Shown here: in pieces, positions 27,437 to 36,232 of the stretch
Position numbering within the stretch: the first letter of the stretch is position 1
How the letters are laid out: every line of letters begins with the position of its first letter
Assembly: GCA_031266385.1 (NCBI GenBank)
Contig: JAISBC010000045.1
Span: forward strand, 1 to 55,690
Source of the DNA: Holosporales bacterium
GTDB taxonomy: Bacteria > Pseudomonadota > Alphaproteobacteria > RUG11792
Length of the DNA stretch: 55,690 nucleotides
Direction of reading: 5' to 3'
Position numbers and translations under genes: made by a program
Notes under the pieces: generated by a model
The model's database searches: none
What the model was told of the DNA's origin: nothing
Seen by the model: the letters and a program-made list of their open reading frames with translations, nothing else

Positions 27437-27963
27437 TATTATCATGTTTTATCAGGAAAAATACATTCCACGTGGAACATTCGCAATTTTCTTACATATA
27501 TAGAGTTGAAAGTAAGAATGATCTTGGAGACAATGTTGTGAATTTTTTGCATGATACATTATACAACTGTGATTATGGCGATATTACCGAATTGGTGTTG
27601 CAGTCTGATCCATTGCCATTTACTTGCTCTAGAACTGTTTACTCAATAGCAAAAGGGGTTCAGTTATCAAATAAAAATGTAAAAATTACTTTTGTTTCCG
27701 GTTTTTTAACATATTTTGGTATTGTTTCGCAGTGTGTGGATCATGGAGTCATGGTGATTCCATTTATGGGTGGCAAATTTTTTGCATGCAGATATGACAG
27801 TAATGGGTTAATGGATGTAGCTGTACGGTCTTTCGGGGATATTGATGGCGCGATTTATGTAGATGATTACATTAATTCTGATACTAATTTAGCGAAAAGG
27901 CAGAGAGAAGTGCTTAGCGCTGACATTGCTTGTGATAGTTTGTCTCATGTAAGGGTTATGTGA
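27433..27963 (+). CDS. hypothetical protein, possibly a degenerate TsaB (YeaZ)
   Basis: 176 aa, ATGA-coupled to the preceding gene and located directly upstream of rimI (the usual tsaB-rimI order). GDITELVLQSDPLPFTCSRTVYSIAKGVQLSNKNVKITFVSGF loosely parallels the TsaB segment d-i-a-v-x-x-GPGSFTGLRIG-x-x-x-AKGLA...p-l-x-g-V-S-S-L. Confidence 0.35.
   Translation: MILSCFIRKNTFHVEHSQFSYIYRVESKNDLGDNVVNFLHDTLYNCDYGDITELVLQSDPLPFTCSRTVYSIAKGVQLSNKNVKITFVSGFLTYFGIVSQCVDHGVMVIPFMGGKFFACRYDSNGLMDVAVRSFGDIDGAIYVDDYINSDTNLAKRQREVLSADIACDSLSHVRVM
27464..27479. promoter_or_regulatory. parS-like site
   Basis: The minus strand reads TGTTCCACGTGGAATG, 14/16 to the TGTTCCACGTGGAACA parS variant. The core TTCCACGTGGAA is a perfect 12-bp palindrome. 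Confidence 0.5.
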
Positions 27964-27981
27964 GATATTTAATGTTCGCAG

Positions 27982-28434
27982 TTGATGAAGATTAGTATTA
28001 GAAGATTGTCCATTAAAGACCTGCGTGCCTTAAAAATATTTTATACGAGGAGCGCATGTTCTTATTACATATCTGATATGTCGTTTGCTAACTATTTGAT
28101 GCTGTCTCAGTATGTTGTGATGGCTGCCATAAACGTGAATGGGGTTATTTTGGGATATATTATATGCTTAGTGGTAATTGATGAAGCTGATGTAGTATAT
28201 TTGTGTGTTGATGATAAGCACAGGTGTTGTGGAATTGCGACTCAAATTTTCAAGTATTTTATAAATAGTGTTTCTGATTTAAAGAGAGTTCACTTAGAAG
28301 TGAATGTAGATAACGTTAGAGCCATAAATTTTTACAAAAGAAATGAATTTAAAATTATTCGTATTCGCAAAGCGTACTCAAATAGTAATAATTTTTACGA
28401 AATGGTGATGTGTAAAACGCCGAATGCAGATTAA
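27982..28434 (+). CDS. rimI: GNAT N-acetyltransferase, RimI-like
   Basis: 150 aa; the acetyl-CoA motif region VDDKHRCCGIATQIFKYF and NVRAINFYKRNEF fit GNAT. Position after a tsaB-like gene. Confidence 0.6.
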   Translation: MMKISIRRLSIKDLRALKIFYTRSACSYYISDMSFANYLMLSQYVVMAAINVNGVILGYIICLVVIDEADVVYLCVDDKHRCCGIATQIFKYFINSVSDLKRVHLEVNVDNVRAINFYKRNEFKIIRIRKAYSNSNNFYEMVMCKTPNAD

Positions 28435-28507
28435 TATGGTGTTTTTTCGTGTTGTGGAGGTTCAAAAAATTTGTTATCATGTATGTAGTGTTTGTCTCGA
28501 AATTTAG

Positions 28508-29098
28508 GTGGAGGAAGTGGATTCAGATTCTACTATAGATGAGTATGTTCGTCTGTTGGATAGTTGGAATTCGAAAATGAATTTAGTTCGGTCCGATGGT
28601 GCGCTTGATATCGTGGACAGACACGTTAGGGATAGTCAGCAAATTTGTAATTACATCGATTTACGAAGTGCTGTTTTAGATGTCGGAAGTGGAGCAGGAT
28701 TTCCTGGGGTAATTTTATCCATTTGTGGTTTTGAAAGAGTGATTTTGTGTGAAAATAACTTTAAAAGGTCAACCTTCCTGAACGATGTAAAAGAAAGGCT
28801 CGAACTTAAATTTGACATACTTAGTGAGAGCGTGTATAAGCTTCGTGTCGATGATTGTGTTTCACGTGGAATATCATCAGATGTTACGATGGTGTCTAGA
28901 GCGTTTGGTTCCTTAGTGGAATTGATGACTATTATGCATATGCTTGAAATAAGGAATGGTGTATTTCATAAGGGTAGAAATTATTCAGCAGAGGTTCAAG
29001 ATGCTGGTAAGAAGTTTGAATTTGATCTACAGACAGAAAAAAGCGCAACAAGCAATGACGGTGTGATAGTACTTGTCTCTAATCTCGAGAGAAAATGA
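28508..29098 (+). CDS. rsmG: 16S rRNA (guanine527-N7)-methyltransferase
   Basis: WNSKMNLV...RHVRDS...DVGSGAGFPGVILSI is the GidB/RsmG pattern. Immediately upstream of parA-parB. Confidence 0.85.
   Translation: MEEVDSDSTIDEYVRLLDSWNSKMNLVRSDGALDIVDRHVRDSQQICNYIDLRSAVLDVGSGAGFPGVILSICGFERVILCENNFKRSTFLNDVKERLELKFDILSESVYKLRVDDCVSRGISSDVTMVSRAFGSLVELMTIMHMLEIRNGVFHKGRNYSAEVQDAGKKFEFDLQTEKSATSNDGVIVLVSNLERK
28858..28873. promoter_or_regulatory. parS-like site inside rsmG
   Basis: TGTTTCACGTGGAATA, 13/16 to TGTTTCACGTGAAACA (mismatches at positions 12, 15 and 16); the first 11 nt are exact. Confidence 0.5.
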
Positions 29099-29880
29099 TG
29101 GCAGTTATCGTATCTGTTGCTAATCAAAAAGGTGGAGTAGGAAAAACTACAACAGCTGTTAATCTAGCCACAGCTCTTGCAGCCATTGGAAAACGCGTGC
29201 TACTCGTAGATTTGGATCCGCAAAGCAATGCCACGACTGGATTGGGAGTATATTCAGGAACAATGAATACAAGCTATGATCTCTTCGTTAGAGGGATTAC
29301 ATTGTCGGAATCGATGGTTTGTACTAAAATTCCAGGCCTATCACTGATTCCAGCAAGTATTGATCTGGTTGGTGCAGAGATAGAATTAGTCCAGACCAAT
29401 GATCGTGAGAAAATATTGCGAAACTCTATCGATCCGTATATATCCATGTTTGATTATATAATAATAGATTCTCCGCCATCTATGGGGATTTTGACCCTTA
29501 ATGCGCTAGTGGCGGCTGATGGGGTTTTGATTCCGTTGCAATGTGAATACTATGCGCTTGAAGGATTGAGTTATTTATTGGGATCAATTGCTCGTATCAA
29601 ATCAACGAGCAATCCTACGCTGCAAGTTTTTGGAGTTGTACTAACGATGTTTGATAAGAGAAGTGCGTTGTGCCTCTCGGTTGTCAACGATGCAAGGCGC
29701 CATTTGCAAAAAATTGTATTCGATAGTGTTATTCCGAGGAATGTAAAGATTGCGGAGGCGCCATCGCACGGTAAACCAGTTTTACTGCATGATGTTAAGA
29801 GTATTGGTTCAATGGCGTATATGACGCTAGCAAGGGAGTTTTTAGCTAAAGAAAGGAGTGGGGTATGGAACAAAAACTAG
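29095..29880 (+). CDS. parA: chromosome partitioning ATPase ParA/Soj
   Basis: Deviant Walker A NQKGGVGKTTTAVNLA, DLDPQSNAT, IIIDSPPS. Confidence 0.95.
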   Translation: MMAVIVSVANQKGGVGKTTTAVNLATALAAIGKRVLLVDLDPQSNATTGLGVYSGTMNTSYDLFVRGITLSESMVCTKIPGLSLIPASIDLVGAEIELVQTNDREKILRNSIDPYISMFDYIIIDSPPSMGILTLNALVAADGVLIPLQCEYYALEGLSYLLGSIARIKSTSNPTLQVFGVVLTMFDKRSALCLSVVNDARRHLQKIVFDSVIPRNVKIAEAPSHGKPVLLHDVKSIGSMAYMTLAREFLAKERSGVWNKN

Positions 29881-30794
29881 GTCGTGGATTGTCTGCTTTG
29901 TTGGGAGATGGATTGATGCCTGAAGCCCTGAAAAAATCTTCATCGCCAAGAAGCCTCGGGATTGATCTGATCGAATCAAACGAAAATCAACCACGTAAAT
30001 TTTTCGACGAAGATTCCATAGCAGAACTAGCCGAATCAATTGCTAAGCACGGGATATTGCAACCAATAATTGTTAGAAAAAAAGATGAAAGTGGCGAAAA
30101 TTATAAAATAGTAGCTGGTGAAAGAAGATGGAGAGCAGCTAAATTAGCTGGTTTCTCCGAGATTCCGGCACAGATAGTTGAATGCGATGATGCTGAGGTC
30201 GTGACTTTAGCGCTCATAGAAAATATCCAACGAGAGGATCTGAATCCAATCGAAGAGGCAGAAGCTTTAAAAGAGTTGATGAGTAGCTGCGGATGTCGTC
30301 AAGAAGATCTGGGAACAATGATAAGCAAAAGTCGTAGCTACGTAGCGAATGCCCTCAGATTGTTGGCCCTGTCGAGCAGGATCCAAGAATTGATTAGAAC
30401 AGGGAGGATATCGGCAGGGCACGGAAAGTGCCTGATTGGGCTTGTACAGGCCGATAGATTGGCCGAAGATGCGGCGCAATACGGCTGGAGCGTGAGATAT
30501 CTGGAAAAAATTGTGCAATCCATTAAGCGTGGAGAGTTACCGGGAGCGGACAGGCCAGGAAATAGCCGAATGGATATTAATTTTGATAGCAATGAAGCTA
30601 ACGTGACGCAAGAAGCAGCCGAGATTTCAGTTCGTGTAGCAGAAGCCCTGGGAGTTGAGACCAAAATACAATCGAATCGTCGTGGAGGATATATAATCCT
30701 TTCGTGTAAATCATACCAACAGTTGGAGGAACTGATAGGAAAATTGCTGCAAATAGCAGATTTAACTGGCGCCTGTGTTAGATCGGAGGTATAA
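29865..30794 (+). CDS. parB: chromosome partitioning protein ParB/Spo0J
   Basis: LGRGLSALL, NENQPRKFFDEDSIAELAESIAKHGILQPIIVR, GERRWRAAKLAG, and an HTH region. Overlaps the parA end. Confidence 0.95.
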   Translation: MEQKLGRGLSALLGDGLMPEALKKSSSPRSLGIDLIESNENQPRKFFDEDSIAELAESIAKHGILQPIIVRKKDESGENYKIVAGERRWRAAKLAGFSEIPAQIVECDDAEVVTLALIENIQREDLNPIEEAEALKELMSSCGCRQEDLGTMISKSRSYVANALRLLALSSRIQELIRTGRISAGHGKCLIGLVQADRLAEDAAQYGWSVRYLEKIVQSIKRGELPGADRPGNSRMDINFDSNEANVTQEAAEISVRVAEALGVETKIQSNRRGGYIILSCKSYQQLEELIGKLLQIADLTGACVRSEV

Positions 30795-30863
30795 ATCAAA
30801 CAGCGGAGGCGATTGTATAGTAAAAATGCGAGTTCGTCTATTACAAAAATTGTGAGGAAATCA

Positions 30864-31967
30864 TTATCGATCGCAGTCACCCAAGAGGAAATCAAGGGAT
30901 CCAAGGATTGCCGTGCAGTCCGCTAATTTGGCTCCGATCACCAGTCTCGGTATCAGCTGAACGATCCCGAAACTTGTCGCCTTAAAATGCATTCGGTGAG
31001 GTCGAAGGCCATCTCCGTCGGTCATCATGTGGATTCCGAATTCTCCACGTGGTCCCTCGACTGGAGCATATACCGTCGATTTTGGGGGTACCCTGATAAT
31101 AGGATTAAATTCCTCGGCTGAATATCGCCCGGATGGTAGCCCATCCAAGCCCCGCCTTATCAATTCCGAGCTCTGCTGGATCTCCAGGAATCTCAGATAT
31201 ATCCTGGAATAGGAATCTCCAGCCAGAAGGGTCAATGCCTGAAAATTCAGCAAATCGTATACCCCGTAAGGTTGCCGATTTCTAATATCGTAATCTATCC
31301 CGGAGGCCCTGAGATTAACCCCTGAAATACCGCTCGCCAGCGCCAATTCTTCCGATATAATTCCTATACCCTTCGTACGTTTCTGAAATATTCTATTTTC
31401 TAGGGCCAATTTCTGGACGGCCTCATAATATCCATCGAGCCCATCAATAAATTTTTCGATTAATTCGATTGCGTTTTGCTCTAGATCACGCAGGACTCCA
31501 CCGGGAACGTAGTATGCCTGATGCATTCGAGCTCCGGTTATTTCATCGAATATGTCCATTATTTTTTCACGTTCTTCGATGCCGTATAGAAACAAACTCA
31601 GACATCCGAGGTCATATGTCATGGATCCGATCGACATCAGGTGGCTGGATATCCTCGTTAATTCATCTAAAATCGTTCGAATAAATCGCGCCCTTAGAGG
31701 AACTTCTGTATGATTCAATTTTTCTAGGGCGATGGCGTAGGAATGCTCCATAATCAGGGACGATAAGTAATCCAATCTGTCCACATATGGAATAATCGAA
31801 ATAAATTTCTTTTTTTCGATAATTTTTTCGACACCTCTGTGGAGGTATCCAATTACCGGCTCACAGCCTATGACATCTTCGCCGGAAAGAGTCAGAATCA
31901 GGCGCAGAACTCCATGAGTCGATGGGTGATGGGGGCCGTAATTGAGTTCGTAAATCTCATTAATCAT
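30864..31967 (-). CDS. nuoD: NADH-quinone oxidoreductase subunit D (49-kDa subunit), short form, no flanking nuo genes
   Basis: LNYGPHHPSTHGVLRLILTLSGEDV...IGYLHRGVEKIIE...PYVDRLDYLS and the C-terminal LGSLDFLLGDCDR match NuoD. At 367 aa it is about 20-30 aa shorter than usual. Confidence 0.8.
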   Translation of the reverse strand: MINEIYELNYGPHHPSTHGVLRLILTLSGEDVIGCEPVIGYLHRGVEKIIEKKKFISIIPYVDRLDYLSSLIMEHSYAIALEKLNHTEVPLRARFIRTILDELTRISSHLMSIGSMTYDLGCLSLFLYGIEEREKIMDIFDEITGARMHQAYYVPGGVLRDLEQNAIELIEKFIDGLDGYYEAVQKLALENRIFQKRTKGIGIISEELALASGISGVNLRASGIDYDIRNRQPYGVYDLLNFQALTLLAGDSYSRIYLRFLEIQQSSELIRRGLDGLPSGRYSAEEFNPIIRVPPKSTVYAPVEGPRGEFGIHMMTDGDGLRPHRMHFKATSFGIVQLIPRLVIGAKLADCTAILGSLDFLLGDCDR

Positions 31968-32188
31968 GCAATGTTGTCGCTGTCTTCGCCCGATAGCATC
32001 CTAATTTTATTGTGAATTTTTGTTGCCTCGTCCTTTAGTGAGGCAGATTTAAATCGAATGATATCACTAGAAGATTTTAGGGATTCGATAGCCTCTAGTT
32101 CTCGTTTTATCATTTCTTCCTTTTCGATGAGGCCTCTTAGTTCGTTTTTCCCGATCGAGTAGAACGGCATAGAGTGAGCATTCTCCAC
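31964..32188 (-). CDS. hypothetical 74-aa coiled-coil protein, translationally coupled to nuoD
   Basis: ATGA overlap with the nuoD start (31964-31967). Predicted helical, charged sequence (LRGLIEKEEMIKRELEAIESLKSS). It is not NuoC-like. Confidence 0.4.
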   Translation of the reverse strand: MENAHSMPFYSIGKNELRGLIEKEEMIKRELEAIESLKSSSDIIRFKSASLKDEATKIHNKIRMLSGEDSDNIA

Positions 32189-32302
32189 GAAAAGTCAAAC
32201 AATCTAAGTACAATATCGCGCATTTAAATGCGTACTGCAAGAAAAATGTTTAAGGAATCGTTAACTCAGAAGTTATTCATCACATAAATTGATGCTTTTT
32301 AT

Positions 32303-33169
32303 TTAATCGATATTTCCTTTCATAAAAAAATATTCTGGTAATTTTGTTGTTATGCTTATTTTTTTACCATTAGGTTTCCGGAAGGAGATATATCTAGCAT
32401 GTAGGCAGAGGAAATCGTATTTTTTATTTCCGTATTTGGTATCTCCCAGGATCGGGCAATCTATCGATGAAAGATGAACTCGGATCTGATGGGTTCGACC
32501 AGTGATAGGGGTGGCCAAAATCAATGATATACCGCTCATTTCGTCCTTTACTAGAACCTTGAACTTCGTCGTAGATGGTTTACCACTCAGATAATCGACG
32601 ACCACTTTATCGTGGATTTTGAGGAGCGGAGCATCGATTATAAACTCATCGGACGGCAGTTTCCCGTTTACTATTGCCACATAGTTTTTTTCGATTTTCT
32701 TGTTCTGGAAAAGGTATAACATAGCCCTAGCGCTCGCGATATTTTTCGTCAATACCGTAATTCCGCTTGTTTCTTTATCGATTCGATGGGCGAGCCTGGC
32801 ATCCGGGTTATAAGCCCTCGCCATGCCGTCGACGGCCAGTTTTAATTTTGATCCAAGCTGCACGGGCAATCCAGATGGTTTATCGATTATTATTAGCTCA
32901 TCATCTTCGTAGATTATCATTTTCTTGAACTGATCAATATAATCCTTGTAATCAATCTGTTTTTCGTCATTAAAATTAATGAAAATCTCACGAATTTTTG
33001 GGTGCACAAAAATTTTCACATCATCTGAGACCTTATCTGATGCCTTGCCCTTCTGGCCATTAACAAGGATATCTCGGTTTCTGATTGCCTTTTCTATGAT
33101 GGACTGAGGAATCGATTTCCCAAATCTATGCCTGATGAGTTTATCGAGCCTCGTCTCATCGAAACTCAT
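32303..33169 (-). CDS. rluC: RluA-family 23S rRNA pseudouridine synthase (RluC/D-like)
   Basis: N-terminal S4-like domain, catalytic HRIDKETSGI, and GRTHQIRVHL. Confidence 0.85.
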   Translation of the reverse strand: MSFDETRLDKLIRHRFGKSIPQSIIEKAIRNRDILVNGQKGKASDKVSDDVKIFVHPKIREIFINFNDEKQIDYKDYIDQFKKMIIYEDDELIIIDKPSGLPVQLGSKLKLAVDGMARAYNPDARLAHRIDKETSGITVLTKNIASARAMLYLFQNKKIEKNYVAIVNGKLPSDEFIIDAPLLKIHDKVVVDYLSGKPSTTKFKVLVKDEMSGISLILATPITGRTHQIRVHLSSIDCPILGDTKYGNKKYDFLCLHARYISFRKPNGKKISITTKLPEYFFMKGNID

Positions 33170-34569
33170 TGTTCCGGATCAGAGTTGATTTCGAAAATAT
33201 GTAAAATATTGGTGGATCCAGATAACCTGAACGGCATCCCGGCGACGATGGCGACCTTGTCTCCGCTGACGACCCCAAAATGCTCACACAGAACGTCCTG
33301 AGATATCTGTCTCAGCTGTGAAAAGCTGAAGATTTCATCGATAATGAAGGCCGTTACTCCCCAGACTAGATGCAATCTACGTACCGTCTTCGGATTTGGG
33401 GTGAAGGCTATTATCCTGGCATTGAGCCTAGAATTGGAAATTTCGATGGCCGTTCTGCCGGTTTCTGTGAAGGCTATCACCGTCTGGATACGTTCTGTCT
33501 CGACGGCCGTCTTGACGGCCTTGGACATTGCAGTCAGATAGTTATCATCACCCTCCATGAACTTTAAATTGTTTTTCTCCGACTGGAGGGTGATTTTCAG
33601 CATGGTTTCGACGGCATTTACAGGATACTCTCCGGAGGCGGATTCGGCCGAAAGCATGACGGCATCGGCTCCACATCCGACGGCGAAGGCTACATCCGTT
33701 ACCTCTGCGCGGGTCGGTACGTGGCAATGAATCATCGACTCAAGCATCTGAGTTGCTATGATTACCGGTTTCCTGTGGTATCTGGCTCGATTTGTTATGT
33801 GTATCTGGGCCGCCGGAATGGCCTCGAAAGGTATTTCGACTCCAAGATCTCCTCGGGCAACCATGACGGCATCGGTAACCTCTAATATGGAGTCGATGTT
33901 ATCGATAGCAACCGGCTTCTCAATTTTTGCGATGATTCCGAAATCCGGCCCGATGATGGAACGTGCATAGTTTATATCTTCGGCCGATTGAACGAATGAA
34001 ATGGCAACCCAATCGGCCGTGATATTATCGATAATAGATAAATCAGTCCTATCTTTCTCTGTCAGCGCTGAAATTGGCAGGACAATACCCGGGACATTTA
34101 CTCCCTTTTTATTTGAAAGGACTCCTCCTTCCAAAACTTCTGTTTCTATCGAATCTCCGCTATTGCTCAAAACTGCTAGTTTTATTTTGCCATCGTCGAG
34201 GAAAATATGAGTGCCATCGGAAAGAGCCTGGAAGATCTCTGGATGAGGAAGTGAAACACGGGCTGAATTCCCAGCATCTGGGCAGAGATCCAAAACGAAT
34301 CGTGATCCAGTCGTGAGGGAAATTTTTCCATCATCGAAGCAGCCGATACGTAGCTTCGGTCCCTGAAGATCCATCAAAATACTCAGAGAAATTCCGGTGG
34401 ACTGCTCGATCTCACGGATAGTTAGGGCACATTTTTTATGAAAATCATGATGTCCATGAGAAAAATTTAACCGAAAAATTCTACAACCGGCCAAAACGAT
34501 CCTCTTTATAATGTCGTGAGAGCAGCTGGCTGGGCCGATTGTCGCGATAATCGATGAACGAGGCATCAA
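33166..34569 (-). CDS. pyk: pyruvate kinase
   Basis: IIATIGPAS...FRLNFSHG, DLQGPKLR, MVARGDLGVEIP, IIATQMLESM. Confidence 0.95.
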   Translation of the reverse strand: MMPRSSIIATIGPASCSHDIIKRIVLAGCRIFRLNFSHGHHDFHKKCALTIREIEQSTGISLSILMDLQGPKLRIGCFDDGKISLTTGSRFVLDLCPDAGNSARVSLPHPEIFQALSDGTHIFLDDGKIKLAVLSNSGDSIETEVLEGGVLSNKKGVNVPGIVLPISALTEKDRTDLSIIDNITADWVAISFVQSAEDINYARSIIGPDFGIIAKIEKPVAIDNIDSILEVTDAVMVARGDLGVEIPFEAIPAAQIHITNRARYHRKPVIIATQMLESMIHCHVPTRAEVTDVAFAVGCGADAVMLSAESASGEYPVNAVETMLKITLQSEKNNLKFMEGDDNYLTAMSKAVKTAVETERIQTVIAFTETGRTAIEISNSRLNARIIAFTPNPKTVRRLHLVWGVTAFIIDEIFSFSQLRQISQDVLCEHFGVVSGDKVAIVAGMPFRLSGSTNILHIFEINSDPEQ

Positions 34570-34630
34570 TGGCGTAACGAGTTTAAATGACAGGCAATAT
34601 CGTGCGACTATACCAGAGAATACTGCACAA

Positions 34631-35905
34631 TTAAATCTTTTTGAAAATTAGGCATCCATTCGTCCCGCCAAAACCAAACGAATTGCTCATGATGTAGTCG
34701 ATCTCTCGATCCTGAGGGTAATTGGGAGTTAAGTTTAAATCACATCCTTCATCGGGATTGTCGAGATTCAGGGTTGGTGGAGCGACGTTATTTTGCATCG
34801 CCAAAACCGATATGATGGCTTCGACGGCGCCGGCAGCACCAAGGAGATGCCCCATCGAAGATTTAGTCGAAGAAATGTTCAGATGGTAGGCATGTTCCCC
34901 GAAAACCTTCTTAATGGCCTCTATTTCAACGATATCACCAGCCGGAGTCGAGGTTCCGTGGGCGTTGAGATAATCTATTTTATCTTTTGAAATTTGAGCA
35001 TCCGCCAGAGCATTTTCCATGGCCATAATCGCTCCCATTCCGCCCTGATGCGGGGCCGTTATGTGAAAGGCGTCGCATGAAGCTCCATACCCGACGATTT
35101 CCCCATAGATCTGGGCTCCCCTGATCTTTGCGGATTCAGGGGTCTCTAGGGTTAGGATTCCTGCTCCTTCCCCGACGACGAATCCATCTCTGTCTCGATC
35201 CCACGGGCGAGATGCCTTCTCTGGAGTTTCGTTAAATTTAGTCGATAGGGCCCTTGCGGCGGCAAATCCGGCGACTCCTAGCTTACAGACTGCGGCCTCG
35301 GCCCCTCCCACAACGGCAAAATCGGCGTATCCATCTCTGATGGACTTAAACCCCTCTCCAATACTGTGTGTCCCCGAGGAGCAGGCGGAGACGATGCTGA
35401 AATTATATCCTGTTAGCCGGTGACGGATCGCGACATGCCCGGATGCCAGGTTACAAAGCACGGACGGTATAAAAAACGGAGAGACTCGCCTGGCCCCCTC
35501 AGAAGAGAGGGTTACTGAGGTATCATATAATCTGGAGACTCCGCCGATGCCAGATCCGATAAAAACGGATGTCCTCGATCTTTCTTCTTCGCTTAGCGAA
35601 GAAAATCCAGAATCATGAATAGCCTGATCGGCCGCAGCAATCGCGTAAATTATGAATTTATCAATTTTTCTCTGATCGCCGGGAGAAAGATATAAATCCG
35701 GGTTGAAACCACGTTCCGCATCGACGGGAATCATACCGGCAATTTTGGCGGCGATACCAGAGGTATCAAAAGTGTCGATGATCCGTACACCGCTCTTGGA
35801 GGCGATTATTCCCTCCCACAGATGTTCAACGTTTCTGCCGAGCGGAGAGATGGCTCCGAGCCCGGTAATTACGACTCTCCTCCTCAATATCGTACTCCAT
35901 GTCAC
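34631..35905 (-). CDS. fabF: 3-oxoacyl-ACP synthase II
   Basis: RRVVITGLG, active-site ACSSG, HGTSTPAGD, SSTKSMGHLLGAAG, SFGFGGTN. Confidence 0.95.
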   Translation of the reverse strand: MTWSTILRRRVVITGLGAISPLGRNVEHLWEGIIASKSGVRIIDTFDTSGIAAKIAGMIPVDAERGFNPDLYLSPGDQRKIDKFIIYAIAAADQAIHDSGFSSLSEEERSRTSVFIGSGIGGVSRLYDTSVTLSSEGARRVSPFFIPSVLCNLASGHVAIRHRLTGYNFSIVSACSSGTHSIGEGFKSIRDGYADFAVVGGAEAAVCKLGVAGFAAARALSTKFNETPEKASRPWDRDRDGFVVGEGAGILTLETPESAKIRGAQIYGEIVGYGASCDAFHITAPHQGGMGAIMAMENALADAQISKDKIDYLNAHGTSTPAGDIVEIEAIKKVFGEHAYHLNISSTKSSMGHLLGAAGAVEAIISVLAMQNNVAPPTLNLDNPDEGCDLNLTPNYPQDREIDYIMSNSFGFGGTNGCLIFKKI

Positions 35906-36135
35906 TCAATTATCGAATCGAGGTATTTTACCGCATCCGCGATTGTGAGGAGTTTCTCGGCTTTTTCTTCCGGAATTTCACAATCGAACTCTCTTTCAAA
36001 TTCCATGATGAGCTCGGCTTGCTCTAGGCTGTCTAATCCGAGATCATCTTTAAAGTTAGCAGATTCAACGACCTTACTGCTATCAACCTTTAAGCTGTTC
36101 ACGATGATTTCCTTCACTCTCTCGATAGTACTCAT
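35902..36135 (-). CDS. acpP: acyl carrier protein
   Basis: MSTIERVKEIIVNSL...DLGLDSLEQAELIMEFE with the DSL phosphopantetheine site. Start at the internal ATG 36135 of ORF 35902..36204. 4-nt overlap with fabF. Confidence 0.9.
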   Translation of the reverse strand: MSTIERVKEIIVNSLKVDSSKVVESANFKDDLGLDSLEQAELIMEFEREFDCEIPEEKAEKLLTIADAVKYLDSIIE

Positions 36136-36232
36136 TAATGAACTCTTCAAATGTATGGGGAGCAACAACGCTGGATTATACAAAAAAACCAACCACGTGG
36201 GCAACTTGAAAAAAAAAGATCAGAAGATTGTG

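Noticed and set aside
32218-32231. Palindrome CGCATTTAAATGCG between rluC and the 74-aa ORF as a terminator or operator
   Set aside because: The 5-bp GC-containing stem has an AT centre and no U-tract. It is too short to distinguish from chance.
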